NCBI GenBank assembly: GCA_963663965.2
Contig: CAXXFK010000028.1
Span: forward strand, 576,001 to 640,000
Reading direction: 5' to 3'
Length of the DNA: 64,000 nucleotides
DNA from: Sedimentisphaerales bacterium
GTDB lineage: Bacteria > Planctomycetota > Phycisphaerae > Sedimentisphaerales > SM23-30
This document shows, in pieces, positions 1 to 10,555 of the stretch. The notes under the pieces were generated by a model. It made no database searches. It saw only the letters and a program-made list of their open reading frames with translations, and had not been told where the DNA came from. Each line of letters begins with the position of its first letter. The stretch's first letter is position 1. The position numbers and the translations under genes are program-made.

Positions 1-132
1 TACCCGTTCTTGTTTTTTAAGGTAAAAAACAGACGGTATCGGAAATCATCGTTAACAATCGATAGGAATCTGGCAATGGCCTTATTGAGCCGGATTGTCT
101 GATGAGGTTAACGATCATGGAGGCCTGTAACA

Positions 133-1127
133 ATGCGAATCAGATGGCGTGGCTTAGAATTACCGACGCGCGTACAATTAGATAACGATGTATCGAATGA
201 AACCTATGGCCGCATTTATATCGAACCGTTCGAGCGCGGGTTTGGTATTACGATCGGCAATAGCCTTCGGCGAATTCTGCTTTCCTCTTTGGAAGGCAGC
301 GCCGTCACTTTAATCAAGCTGGCGGGCGCCAATCATGAATTTACTTCGATACCCGGAGTTATGGAAGATGTATCGGATATCGTTTTGAATATCAAGTCCC
401 TGGTGGTTCGCCAGGACAGCGATGAGCCCAAAACGATGAAAATTGAAAAAAGAGGCGTTGGAATCGTGACGGCAGGCGACATTCAGGCTGATCCGGCGAT
501 TACGGTGATCAATCCGAATCATAAGATCGCGACGTTAACCGATGATGTGACGTTCTCTCTGGAAATGACGGTTGAAAAAGGCCGTGGCTATGTGCCTGCC
601 AGTGAAGAAGCAAAGAAAGATGATCCCCTGGCGATTCCGGTCGATGCGATTTTCTCGCCGGTAGTCCGGGTTCGATATAAAACAGAAGAAACCCGCGTGG
701 GCCAGTCGATCAACTACGACCGTCTGGTCATGGAAGTCTGGACCGATGGTACCATCAGTCCGGAAATGGCTTTGGTGGAATCTGGCAAGATTCTGCGTAA
801 GCATCTGGGTGTGTTTGTCAGTTACTTTGAAACCGGCAAAAATGTCGCAGAAGAAAACCGGTTGAGATTGAATCCGCACCCGTACAGGAAACCGATGAAG
901 AACTCAGTCGTAAACTGGCTATGCCGATCAGCGAACTGGATCTGTCGGTTCGCGCCGCCAATTGTCTGGAAATGGCCAAGTTTGAGACCGTTGGCCAGTT
1001 AGTTCAGATTGATGAGAGCCAGTTGCTGGCGCTTCGCAGTTTCGGTAAAACCAGCTTGCGTGAAGTGAAGCGCAAACTTTCCGATCTGGGATTATCGCTG
1101 GGCATGAAAACCGACGGCTCCGATTAA
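133..1127 (+). CDS. rpoA: RNA polymerase alpha subunit, split by a 1-nt frameshift (A4 run at 854-857)
   Basis: EPFERGFGITIGNSLRRILLSS in ORF 133..1002 and alpha-CTD ISELDLSVRAANCL in ORF 921..1127. Adding one A at 854-857 joins them into ~331 aa. Lies upstream of rplQ. Confidence 0.97.
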
Positions 1128-1219
1128 TCCGATTCGAAATTGCCGATCCAGGCGTCGATAAAATGGGGCGCCGATTTTCATAGATTGTAATTGTTTCACG
1201 AATTTTAAAAGGATAAAAT

Positions 1220-1777
1220 ATGCGTCATCAAGTTGCAGGAAAACACCTGGGCCGTACCAGCGCACACCGCAAGGCATTGAAGCGGAATTTAGCTGCGTCG
1301 TTGTTCGAACATGGTCGGATTGTTACGACATTGCCCAAGGCCAAGTTTGTTCGTCCCTTCGCTGAAAAACTCATCACTTTGGCAAAAAAAGGTGATCTAC
1401 ATGCCAGACGCCGGGCAATTGCGTTACTGCAGGATCGTAATATCTGTCGTGATGAAAATGGCGTTGGAGTCAAAGAGACCACAGTGATTAACCGGTTATT
1501 TTCGGAAATTGCGCCCAAATTCGCGGATCGAAACGGCGGCTATACCCGGATTATCCGGATGCCGATTCGCCGGATTGGAGATAATGGCCAGCAAGCCATG
1601 CTGCAATTAATTGACGGACCGGTAAAACCCAAACAAAAATCGGCCAAAGGCAAGGGCGCTGCTGAGACAAAACCGAACACTGAACCCGAACAACCAGCCG
1701 AAGAAGTTGTTGAACAGGCGGAAGAATCAGCCGCGCAGGAAAGTCAACCCGATACCGAAGCCGAAGATAAACAATAA
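1220..1777 (+). CDS. rplQ: 50S ribosomal protein L17 with acidic C-terminal extension
   Basis: MRHQVAGKHLGRTSAHRKAL, ITLAKKG, RNGGYTRI; follows rpoA. Confidence 0.97.
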   Translation: MRHQVAGKHLGRTSAHRKALKRNLAASLFEHGRIVTTLPKAKFVRPFAEKLITLAKKGDLHARRRAIALLQDRNICRDENGVGVKETTVINRLFSEIAPKFADRNGGYTRIIRMPIRRIGDNGQQAMLQLIDGPVKPKQKSAKGKGAAETKPNTEPEQPAEEVVEQAEESAAQESQPDTEAEDKQ

Positions 1778-1877
1778 TTTTTATCTTGCATCGAAATATT
1801 TCAACGGATTATCATATTGATAGTCCGTTTTTTTTTGGAAAAATCAGAAATAATTTTCTAGCCCGAAGGACGCGAAC

Positions 1878-2294
1878 ATGACTTCGTCTTGTATATTCTG
1901 TAAAATCGTCGACGGTCGGATTCCCTGTTATCAGGTATATGAAGATGTGGAAACGCTGGCTTTTCTGGATATTCATCCCTGGAGTCTGGGTCATACTCTG
2001 ATAATTCCGAAAAAGCATTTTGCCACGCTGGATGTGTGTCCGCCGAAAACGATGGCGGCGATAGCCCGGGCCATGCCAAAAATTGCCCAGGCAATCATGG
2101 CTGCGACTGAAACGACCGCATTTAATGTATTAAATAATAACCGGCGGGAAGCCGGGCAATTAGTGGATCATATTCATTTTCATATTGTTCCCCGGGTGGC
2201 TGATGATCGCATTTTCAGTCATGGTCCGCAAGGGGAATACGCGGAAAATCAGGCAGAAGCACTGGCACGGGCGATTCAGGCCGGTATCAAATAA
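1878..2294 (+). CDS. HIT family protein
   Basis: CIFCKI start and histidine triad HIHFHIVPR. Confidence 0.93.
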   Translation: MTSSCIFCKIVDGRIPCYQVYEDVETLAFLDIHPWSLGHTLIIPKKHFATLDVCPPKTMAAIARAMPKIAQAIMAATETTAFNVLNNNRREAGQLVDHIHFHIVPRVADDRIFSHGPQGEYAENQAEALARAIQAGIK

Positions 2295-2308
2295 ACTATT
2301 GAACTCTA

Positions 2309-2746
2309 TCAGATCGGATTGTTTCCCTCCGGCCGCAGTAAGTCGGGTAACGGCTGTAATCGTCCCGTCATATCCACATGAACCAGTTCTGTGCGTCCTT
2401 CGGCGATGATGCGTTTATCGGAAATGCGTTTAATGGTATAGAGGTGTTCCAGGCGGACCCGGTCGATTTTTCCGGTTTGGGTGTGGATAATCAGTTCATC
2501 GTCATAACGAGCCGGCGCCCGGAATCGACAGTCCAGGCGGGCGACGACCAGAATAAAGCCATTGTCTTCCAACGTTTTATAATCGTATCCATTTACCCGC
2601 AGCAGTTCGGTGCGGCCCATCTCGAAATAGCGACTGTAAACACTGTGGTGGACCGCGTTTTGCCGATCGACTTCGTAATACCGTACCCGTACGGGCGTCT
2701 CACATTCTGTGATATTGCAATATCCTGCCATCTGAATAAATACCAA
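2309..2746 (-). CDS. Acyl-CoA thioesterase (YbgC/FadM hotdog family)
   Basis: VRVRYYEVDRQNAVHHSVYSRYFEMGRTELLR, PARYDDEL; start uncertain (ATG at ~2731). Confidence 0.88.
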   Translation of the reverse strand: MVFIQMAGYCNITECETPVRVRYYEVDRQNAVHHSVYSRYFEMGRTELLRVNGYDYKTLEDNGFILVVARLDCRFRAPARYDDELIIHTQTGKIDRVRLEHLYTIKRISDKRIIAEGRTELVHVDMTGRLQPLPDLLRPEGNNPI

Positions 2747-2855
2747 TTTGGAAAAAGTTTCTGGAAATTATACGATAATCTGTCAGTAATCTACTATAAT
2801 CGATGAAAATTGCGCTGAAAAGAGTTTTCTCAATTTTGTTAAATTAAAAGAAGTT

Positions 2856-3425
2856 ATGAGCTGGCTTACTGTGATATTAATTGCATTTGCCCTGGCGATG
2901 GACGCCTTTGCGGTGGCGATCAGCGCCGGCGTAACGTTGCCGCGATTGACCGGACGGGCCATTTTTCGACTGGGATTTCATTTCGGGCTATTTCAATTTA
3001 TGATGCCGATTCTGGGCTGGTTTGCCGGTTTGACGATTGAAAGTTATATCAAGGCAATCGATCACTGGATCGCGTTTGGTTTACTGAGTTTTATTGGCGG
3101 GAAAATGATCTATGAGGCGTTAAGGTCGCAAGATGACGAACAGAAAAACGATCCGACGCGAGGATTAACCATGGTTATGTTGTCCGTGGCGACCAGTATC
3201 GATGCCCTGGCAATTGGTTTATCGATGGCGATGCTGGGAGTGAGAATATGGGCGCCCAGTGTGGTGATCGGGCTGGTGGCGGGAGGAATGACCGTGCTGG
3301 GGATGGTTGCCGGGCAGAAATTGGGCCGCTTGCTGGGTAATAAAATGGAATTAACCGGCGGTTTGATATTAATCGGGATAGGGGTAAAAATTCTGATAGA
3401 GGACTTATTCTTTTCAGGCGCATAA
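2856..3425 (+). CDS. mntP: Manganese efflux pump MntP family
   Basis: ALAMDAFAVA, FGLFQFMMP, DHWIAFGLL, ATSIDALAIG motifs. Confidence 0.93.
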   Translation: MSWLTVILIAFALAMDAFAVAISAGVTLPRLTGRAIFRLGFHFGLFQFMMPILGWFAGLTIESYIKAIDHWIAFGLLSFIGGKMIYEALRSQDDEQKNDPTRGLTMVMLSVATSIDALAIGLSMAMLGVRIWAPSVVIGLVAGGMTVLGMVAGQKLGRLLGNKMELTGGLILIGIGVKILIEDLFFSGA

Positions 3426-3460
3426 AAACGGCCTCCCTTATATGGATGAGGCCGTTTCTT
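3425..3460. terminator. Hairpin between convergent genes, probable bidirectional intrinsic terminator
   Basis: aaacggcctc...gaggccgttt stem. Confidence 0.65.
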
Positions 3461-3612
3461 ATTGAATGAATGGTTTCTACAAACAGGTAAGATGGAATCA
3501 GGTAACCATGTAGAAGTCTAAAAGATTCGAGTCTATACCATAGGCTCTCCTTTCTTTACGATTTCTCAAATCTTCCAATTCGCTTTAAAGGCTCTTTCCG
3601 TGAGGATATCAA

Positions 3613-4131
3613 TCAGGCCACGGATAACTTTTTATCGCCATCACATTTGCCGTCACCTTTCTTCTTTCCGCAAGCAATCATGGTGGTGTCATCAGCTTTC
3701 TTGTCGCCGCCGCATTTGCCATCGCCTTTCTTTTTTCCGCAAGCAATCATGTTGGTGTCATCAGCTTTCTTGTCGCCGCCACATTTGCCGTCACCTTTCT
3801 TTTTGCCGCAAGAGACTTCATTAGAACTTGCCGCAGTTTCATCTTTACACTTGCCACAGCATTCTTTGTCCGCTTCTTTACAGGTACCGCAACATTTGCC
3901 GGCGCCTTCTTCGCAACTTCCACTACATGCAGCTTCCTTATCACTACAGGTCTTTTCACTCTGGCAGGTGCCACAACTACTTGCTTCTCCACTGCATGTC
4001 TGAGAAGATTTCGCTGCACAGGTTGCATCCGAACCGCTGGAGCAGGTTGCGTTATTGTTACCGGTCATGCCAACGGCGAAAACCAGAGCCGCCAAAGCTA
4101 CGATCGCAAAAACAGTCCAATATCTTTTCAT
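3613..4131 (-). CDS. Exported Cys-rich low-complexity protein with three 23-aa CGKKKGDGKC repeats
   Basis: Signal-peptide-like N-terminus, RBS (aaggag on - strand), 20 Cys in 172 aa, 69-bp tandem repeats. Confidence 0.85.
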   Translation of the reverse strand: MKRYWTVFAIVALAALVFAVGMTGNNNATCSSGSDATCAAKSSQTCSGEASSCGTCQSEKTCSDKEAACSGSCEEGAGKCCGTCKEADKECCGKCKDETAASSNEVSCGKKKGDGKCGGDKKADDTNMIACGKKKGDGKCGGDKKADDTTMIACGKKKGDGKCDGDKKLSVA

Positions 4132-4421
4132 GACTAACTCCTTGAGTATTTAAAAGGTTAAATTGTCAAATAAATCATCAACTAGAGGATTATAAAGGGC
4201 AAAATTAAAGGGAAGAGGCCCATGATAAAATCTGATTCAATTTTCTAATCGCTATATTTTGTAACTACTTTCAATTTAATATGATAGAAGTTTTAAGAAG
4301 TTCGAAAAAAATATGAGTTTACCGTTTTTTTACATTTTTTCGTGTCAGAATTCGATGCATGGAATACAATTTCAGGCAATGAAAATGCCCAATAACCTCT
4401 TTTTAATCAACGAGTTGTGAA

Positions 4422-6275
4422 ATGTCGCACAGTCATAAAAGGCAGACTAGTTCATCAGTACGCCGGATCGAATTGCTGGCGCCGGCACGAGATCTGGCCG
4501 GTGGTCAGGCGGCGATTTTATGCGGCGCTGACGCGGTGTATGTTGGGGCGAGCGCGTTCAGCGCGCGGGAGGCGGCGGGAAATTCGATGGAAGATATTGA
4601 GCGACTGGTGGCGTTCGCACATCCTTATTATGCAAGGGTGTATCTGGCGATGAATACGTTGTTATTCGATCAGGAATTGGAGCCGGCGCGTGAGATTGCC
4701 TGGGCAGCGTATGAGGCCGGGGTGGATGGCTTGATTATTCAGGATATGGGGTTGCTGGAGTTGGCGTTGCCGCCGCTGGCGTTGATTGCCAGCACCCAGA
4801 CGCATAACCATTCGCCGGAACGGGTGGCGTTTCTGGAGTCGGTTGGGTTTTGCCGGGCGATACTGGCGCGGGAATTGACCATCGAGCAGATTTGTGAAAT
4901 TAGCGCGCAGACCGGGATCGAGTTGGAGTGTTTTATCCATGGGGCGTTATGTGTCGGGACCAGCGGGCAGTGTTATATGAGTTATGTGCTGGGCGGGCGC
5001 AGTGGGAATCGCGGGCAGTGCGCCCAGCCTTGTCGCCGGGAATATTCGTTGGAAGACGATCATGGTAAAGTGGTGGGTGACAAACGGTATTGGCTTTCTT
5101 TGAAGGATTTGAATTTATCGAGCCATCTGGGGCAGTTGCTGGATGCCGGGGTGAGTTCTTTTAAGATTGAAGGGCGCTTAAAAGATACGGCTTATGTGGC
5201 AAATGTGACGGGGTATTACCGGCGCGCGCTGGATGTGGCGCTGGCTGAGCGGGGGATGCGGAAAAGTTCGTCTGGACGGGTAGAACTGTGTTTTGAACCG
5301 GATCTGGCCAAGACATTCAATCGTGGTTACAGCGAGTATGGGATCGATGGCCTGCGAAAAGGCTGGGGAGCGATCCATTCGCCCAAATCGATTGGTGAAT
5401 TTATGGGGGTGGTCAAAGAGGCGCGGGGCCGGAGCTTCAGGCTGGATCGAAAGGCGGATTTGCATAATGGGGATGGGATCTGTTACTGGAACCGGGACCG
5501 GCAGTTGGATGGGACGAATGTAAATCGGGTGGAGGGTGATTGGGTGACCCCGGCGGAGAGTAAGGGGATTATGGCAGGGCAGGAAATCTATCGGAATTAC
5601 AATCATGAATTCGAGAAGCATTTCAAAACGTCGCCTGCCAGTCGAAAGGTGTCAGTTGAATTGACGTTGACGCGGACAGATACGGGAGTGACGCTGGCGG
5701 GCGAGGATGAAGAGGGGAACCGGGCGGAGGTGGCTTTGGAGATGGCGCTGGAGCCGGCCCGTCAACCGGAGGCGGCGTTGAAAACGATCCAGACGCAATT
5801 GAAGAAGCTGGGCAATACACTATTTGAATGCCAATTGCTGACGGTGCGGATGGAGCCGGTCTGTTTTTTCGCGGTGAGTGTTTTGAACCAGCTGAAGCGG
5901 GACTGGGTGGAGCGGATGCTGGCGGCGCGGCTGGGGGCTTACCCCAGGCTGGAGGGGAAAACGGTTAAGAGCGAGGCACCGTATCCGGAAAAGCGGTTGA
6001 GCTTTCGGGGTAATGTGATTAATCAGAAGGCGCTGGCGTTTTATCGCCGGTGTGGGGTGGAAACGATTGACGCGGGGGCTGAGACAGGGGAGGATCTGCA
6101 TGGGCAGGTGGTGATGACAACCAAGTATTGTATTCTGCATGAGATGGGGCGTTGTGGCGGGCAACGAGTGGAGCCGGCGGAGCCGATGATACTGCGGGAT
6201 GAGGCGGGGCAGACGTTTCGGGTCTGTTTCCGGTGCGGGGAGTGTGGGATGGATATTTACTGGAAGGAGGGGTGA
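4422..6275 (+). CDS. Peptidase U32 family protein, RlhA-like (putative 23S rRNA hydroxylation)
   Basis: ELLAPA, GADAVYVG, HGALC...GQC...RSGNRGQCAQPCR, FKIEGR; long C-terminal region typical of the YdcP/RlhA group. Confidence 0.88.
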   Translation: MSHSHKRQTSSSVRRIELLAPARDLAGGQAAILCGADAVYVGASAFSAREAAGNSMEDIERLVAFAHPYYARVYLAMNTLLFDQELEPAREIAWAAYEAGVDGLIIQDMGLLELALPPLALIASTQTHNHSPERVAFLESVGFCRAILARELTIEQICEISAQTGIELECFIHGALCVGTSGQCYMSYVLGGRSGNRGQCAQPCRREYSLEDDHGKVVGDKRYWLSLKDLNLSSHLGQLLDAGVSSFKIEGRLKDTAYVANVTGYYRRALDVALAERGMRKSSSGRVELCFEPDLAKTFNRGYSEYGIDGLRKGWGAIHSPKSIGEFMGVVKEARGRSFRLDRKADLHNGDGICYWNRDRQLDGTNVNRVEGDWVTPAESKGIMAGQEIYRNYNHEFEKHFKTSPASRKVSVELTLTRTDTGVTLAGEDEEGNRAEVALEMALEPARQPEAALKTIQTQLKKLGNTLFECQLLTVRMEPVCFFAVSVLNQLKRDWVERMLAARLGAYPRLEGKTVKSEAPYPEKRLSFRGNVINQKALAFYRRCGVETIDAGAETGEDLHGQVVMTTKYCILHEMGRCGGQRVEPAEPMILRDEAGQTFRVCFRCGECGMDIYWKEG

Positions 6276-6300
6276 GTGGTGGGCGGCTTGGTTGTGTGAC

Positions 6301-6357
6301 GTAACTTATTGAATGGTAATGTATTATGGTTGATTTGGCTGAGTTTGGGTTCGTTTC
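6301..6357 (+). repeat. Fixed-spacing dispersed module (G/T)TAA-N19-TTA(T/G)-N17-TTGG(G/C)TT(C/T)G; other copies at 7461, 7727, 7994, 27470, 31082, 31306
   Basis: First base of (G/T)TAA to TTGG is 44 nt in six copies and 45 in one. Confidence 0.7.
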
Positions 6358-6415
6358 GTTTTGGTTCTGGCTCGTGGGAGAATTCTATTGGGTGCAATCG
6401 GCGGGATAAGAACAG

Positions 6416-6448
6416 AAAAGGCTCTCCCTCGAAAGGAAGAGCCTTTTT
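6416..6448. terminator. Bidirectional intrinsic terminator between U32 and PEP-CTERM genes
   Basis: aaaaggctct-cc...gg-aagagcctttt. Confidence 0.75.
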
Positions 6449-6490
6449 GATGTTTTTTCGATACCTGAAGATCGATTCTGTTATCGTTAA

Positions 6491-7174
6491 CTATTTGCGC
6501 TTCCGCATTAACAGTCCGCCCAGTCCCAGCAGAGCCAGGGTGGCCGGTTCCGGAACGATATGGACGTTGTCCAATACCGGCCATGGATCGGCGCCTACTT
6601 CTGGCAAATAGTTGTTGAAACGCAGGAAGATTTCGTCTCCGGCGTTGGCTCCGGAAAGATCCAGCGTCACAACGACTGGGAAAATCTCACCATCCGTGCC
6701 CAGGGCAATATAGTCATAGGATGCAGAATCGAGCAGGGTGACACCGGCGGCGCCGCGTACATCGAGTAAATCATCGGCAATAAATGTGCCATCGCTGGCA
6801 AAGGCAGCTACGGTCAGGGCATCATGCCGGCCAGCGGCTACGTCATCGGGGCAACCCCAATCGAAGCCGATCATAATCGAAGACTCGCCGGCTGAGGTTC
6901 CGATACTCTGGTAGAGGTATGAACCGGCCAGGGGATCCCCATCCACCGTATCCCATGAACAAAATACCACGACATTGGTTCCGTTTGGGGTGATCGAGCT
7001 GGCGTTGGTTTGCCAGGCATCTTCCCAAAATCCGGTGGTGTTGTTGTCATACCAGCCGGTGACGTCAGTAATATTTTCTCCACCGCCGGTTTCAAAGTCG
7101 CCGTTGGTAATTGTCATGGCGTTCGCCAGCGAAGCCAGGACAACACACAAAGAAAACAAAAATGCTTTTTTCAT
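6491..7174 (-). CDS. PEP-CTERM sorting domain surface protein
   Basis: Signal peptide MKKAFLFSLCVVLASLANA, ITNGDFE, C-terminal VPEPATLALLGLGGLLMRKRK. Confidence 0.95.
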   Translation of the reverse strand: MKKAFLFSLCVVLASLANAMTITNGDFETGGGENITDVTGWYDNNTTGFWEDAWQTNASSITPNGTNVVVFCSWDTVDGDPLAGSYLYQSIGTSAGESSIMIGFDWGCPDDVAAGRHDALTVAAFASDGTFIADDLLDVRGAAGVTLLDSASYDYIALGTDGEIFPVVVTLDLSGANAGDEIFLRFNNYLPEVGADPWPVLDNVHIVPEPATLALLGLGGLLMRKRK

Positions 7175-7449
7175 CTGTCTAATCTCCACAAAGTGTAAAA
7201 CGTTTTATCGAAAGCGGTTACGAATGCCGCTCACTATGGATAAACAAACTCGTTCATCAATTTTATACGAAAGTGACCTTTAATAGAAAAGACTTGCTTT
7301 TCCAACACCTTTACGAAACTTAAAATATTGTAGCATAGTTGTCATTTCTGTTTCAACTGAAAAAACATTTTTAATTACCATAACAGCCTGGGCTGTTTTA
7401 TTATGCCCCGTTGGGCTGTTTTGGGTAGCCGTTGGGTAGCGGATGAAAT

Positions 7450-8150
7450 TATTATTTTGGTTAAGCTCATTTCGTTGCTGAGGTTAGGGCGATATTTTTT
7501 TATATTGGCTTTGTTTCGTTTTGTGTTGGTATTCGCTGCGCTCATGTTTGGTTTTATCTATCTCTTTTGCGAGATATCCTGTCGGTACGCCTCTGCGAGG
7601 CGTGGGTTTAAAATTTTCTAACTCTGGTTCGGGTATTCCCGCCAATGAATTGGCGGGCTATGCGCTTTTGATCTCTCCGAGATATTATTTGTATCCGCCT
7701 TGAGGCGGATGAGTTTTTATTTTTTGTTAAGCTCGATATATTGTTAGGGTTATGGCAATATTTTAACCCATTGGCTTTGTTTCGTTTTCTATTAGTATTC
7801 GCTGTGCTCATGGTTAGTTTTATCTATCTCTTTTGCGAGATATCCTGGCGGTACGCCTCTGCGAGGCGTGGGTTTAAAATTTTCTAACTCTGGTTCGGGT
7901 ATTCCCGCCAATGAATTGGCGGGCTATGCGCTTTTGATCTCTCCGAGATATTATTTGTATCCGCCTTGAGGCGGATGAGTTTTTTATTTTTTGTTAAGCT
8001 CGATATATTGTTAGGGTTATGGCAATATTTTAACCCATTGGCTTTGTTTCGTTTTCTATTAGTATTCGCTGTGCTCATGGTTAGTTTTATCTATCTCTTT
8101 TGCGAGATATCCTGGCGGTACGCCTCTACGAGGCGTGGGTTAAAAATTTT
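7450..8150. repeat. Non-coding tandem repeat, period 266-267 bp, ~2.6 copies, rich in palindromes
   Basis: ttggctttgtttcgtttt at 7505, 7771, 8038; hairpins cccgccaatgaattggcggg, acgcctctgcgaggcgt, atccgccttgaggcggat. Confidence 0.95.
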
Positions 8151-9151
8151 CAAATTCGGGTTTGTTACCCAGGGTGGCGCTCGTCCCGATGGATCGGGAC
8201 TCGCTCTGCCCTGGGCTATTTCATGCCGGCCCGTTGGGCCGTCCGCCACGAGGCGGATGTTCTTATTTTTCTTCAAGCGCTATTCAAATTGGAACTCACA
8301 AGGCGACGCATGCACCCAGAAGCTGCGCTTTGCTACGCTTCTAGGTGGCGTGGGAGTGGCCGGTTGAGGCGGGGTATGCCGGGGACTTGCGGGTGGATTG
8401 GGGGCTGTTGGGTCGACTTTGGTATTATAGACTGTCGTTTAATTTTAGTCAAATAAAATAATTAATTAAATTTATGAAAAACATAGGTCTTATAGGTCGA
8501 TATAGGTCTTATAGGGTTTTAAGGGATTATATTATAATGGGTTGTGTGAATTTATGGGGGAACATGAATTATTCACTTTGTTTTAAAGGACGGACACGGA
8601 CGGGCACAGACTGACACAGACGGGCACGGACCAGTCTGTGGGGGAGGACAATCGGGATTACCAGCAAGATCTGGAAGGGTATGGAGGGTAATAAAGGGGC
8701 GGGAGAATTTAGAATGCAAATGGAAAAACTGGGGGGATTATTTGTTGATTGGCGGGAATGAATGGGTAAAATTAAATTTATGTCGTTGATGAGAGGACTT
8801 TATCAATAATGAGATGATTGGAGATATGGATACGATGGATGGCAGGATGTGCGGAACTGGCGGTAGCGTTTATGGCGATGGCTATTGGACCGGGACTGGT
8901 TGGTTCCTGATTGGCGATGATGCGTTAGGCACCGGAGAAATAAGAATGAAGATGATGAAGGGAAGTTGTTTTGATCAATCCGCCACGGTGGATCAATAGA
9001 CATGGGCAAAAGAAGTTTTACCAGTTCTACAAGACTAAACCAGAGAGGTCTCAATAACGTTAGCTACTTTTATATAAAATGGTACATAAGGCAGAGGCAG
9101 ACCAGTATTATTCAATATATAAATATCACATTGAACAGGAAAGGTTGAAAG

Positions 9152-10438
9152 ATGTTGAAGTGGTTTTTTATATGGTCCAACAGCAGAAAGCTTTCTAGAT
9201 CGGAAAAGCCTATTGACAGAGTAAAGGCAATAAAACGATTGGGACAACTCGGGAGTAAAGGTACGGAGGAGTATCTTGTAGGATTTTTGGGAGATGAGGA
9301 TGTACAAGTACGCCAGGCGGCAGCCCATGTCCTTCGGAAGTTTGGAACGAAAGGTCTTGACTGGGCTTTGGATGCAATTCTAAGAAACCGTGATGATTAC
9401 ATCTTCGAACTGGGCAGAAGTGAAAACCACTTGGCAGAAGTGGCTCTGATCAGAGCTATTAGACGTGACCCCAGTGTTCGCAGTTCTGCTGTTACACAAC
9501 TGGGACAAAAGCGATTCCTCTCATCCGCTGATGTGCTGATCGAGGTACTGGGCGATGATAGCTTCTTTGTGCGCTCTAGTGCGGCTAATTCTCTTGCAGC
9601 CATGAAAGCTCCCGGTGTGGCATTGGCGATTACAAAAGCCTTCTATAACGAGAAGGTCAGTCACGATGCTTATGAATTCTCAAAGGTGTTTAAAGAGATA
9701 CATTGCAACAAAACTATTGATATTCATATTGAAGCGCTTAGTGATAAAGATGCCAGCATTCGTGAGCGCGCGGTCATGGCATTGAGCCAATGGTGCGATG
9801 ATAGAGCCATAAACGCATTGATACAGGCTTTGGAGGACGCCAACTCAACCATTGTATCTCTAGCCGCTTGTACTTTGGGTAAAATTGGCACACGTTTTGC
9901 TGTCCAACCACTTATCAAAGCGTTATCAATAAAATCTATCAATGTTCGCTCAAGCGTTGCCAAGGCTCTCTCGCAGATCAACTGTTCGGAAGCCACTGAG
10001 GCTCTTTATGAATGCATAAAAAATGGTGATACGTGTATAATTCGCAATGCCGAGCCTGAAGGATTGGCGCGTATCGGAAAGCGGGCGGTACCGTTTCTGC
10101 TGAACATCTTTACTCACTTCGACCACTGCCCCAATGTTGTAGTGGCTTTGGGATACCTCAAAGATCCCCGTGCAGTCGAGAGGCTGATCGAGATTCTGAC
10201 AAGACCAGGGCCCTACAGCCAGGATGATTTGGCCTATCAACGGGCAGCGGCTATCGCCTTGGGAAGAATAGGCGATCCGCGGGCTGTGGAACCACTGATC
10301 AGGGAAGCCAAAGATGGCATGAGTGTGATTGCTTCAGGAGCGTTAGAAGCCCTAAAGATGATAAATGATCCCAGAACCTCTGGCATGCTGAATTACTGGC
10401 AGCGAATGATTGAGGGGCAACGTGGCTTTGGTCTGTGA
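9152..10438 (+). CDS. HEAT/PBS-lyase repeat protein
   Basis: Repeated L-D-D--VR--AA-ALG units (VRQAAAHVL, VRSSAANSL, ALGRIGDPRAVEPLI). Confidence 0.9.
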   Translation: MLKWFFIWSNSRKLSRSEKPIDRVKAIKRLGQLGSKGTEEYLVGFLGDEDVQVRQAAAHVLRKFGTKGLDWALDAILRNRDDYIFELGRSENHLAEVALIRAIRRDPSVRSSAVTQLGQKRFLSSADVLIEVLGDDSFFVRSSAANSLAAMKAPGVALAITKAFYNEKVSHDAYEFSKVFKEIHCNKTIDIHIEALSDKDASIRERAVMALSQWCDDRAINALIQALEDANSTIVSLAACTLGKIGTRFAVQPLIKALSIKSINVRSSVAKALSQINCSEATEALYECIKNGDTCIIRNAEPEGLARIGKRAVPFLLNIFTHFDHCPNVVVALGYLKDPRAVERLIEILTRPGPYSQDDLAYQRAAAIALGRIGDPRAVEPLIREAKDGMSVIASGALEALKMINDPRTSGMLNYWQRMIEGQRGFGL

Positions 10439-10555
10439 TCTTCGAAATTTTCGCTTACTATTCAGATTGGAATTGATTAAGTTTAATATAGCCGATTGAA
10501 AAATATGATTTCATCAGTAATATTTTGAGGAGATTTTGTTTTATGGGAGAATGTT

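Noticed and set aside
2747..2855. yybP-ykoY Mn riboswitch upstream of mntP
   Set aside because: Short AT-rich leader with no recognisable stems or conserved motif
7450..8260. CRISPR array
   Set aside because: Whole 266-bp units repeat, there are no unique spacers and no cas genes
7403..8456. Small ORFs in the tandem array (e.g. MSTANTNRKRNKAN twice)
   Set aside because: Translations of the non-coding repeat module, with no RBS or coding pattern
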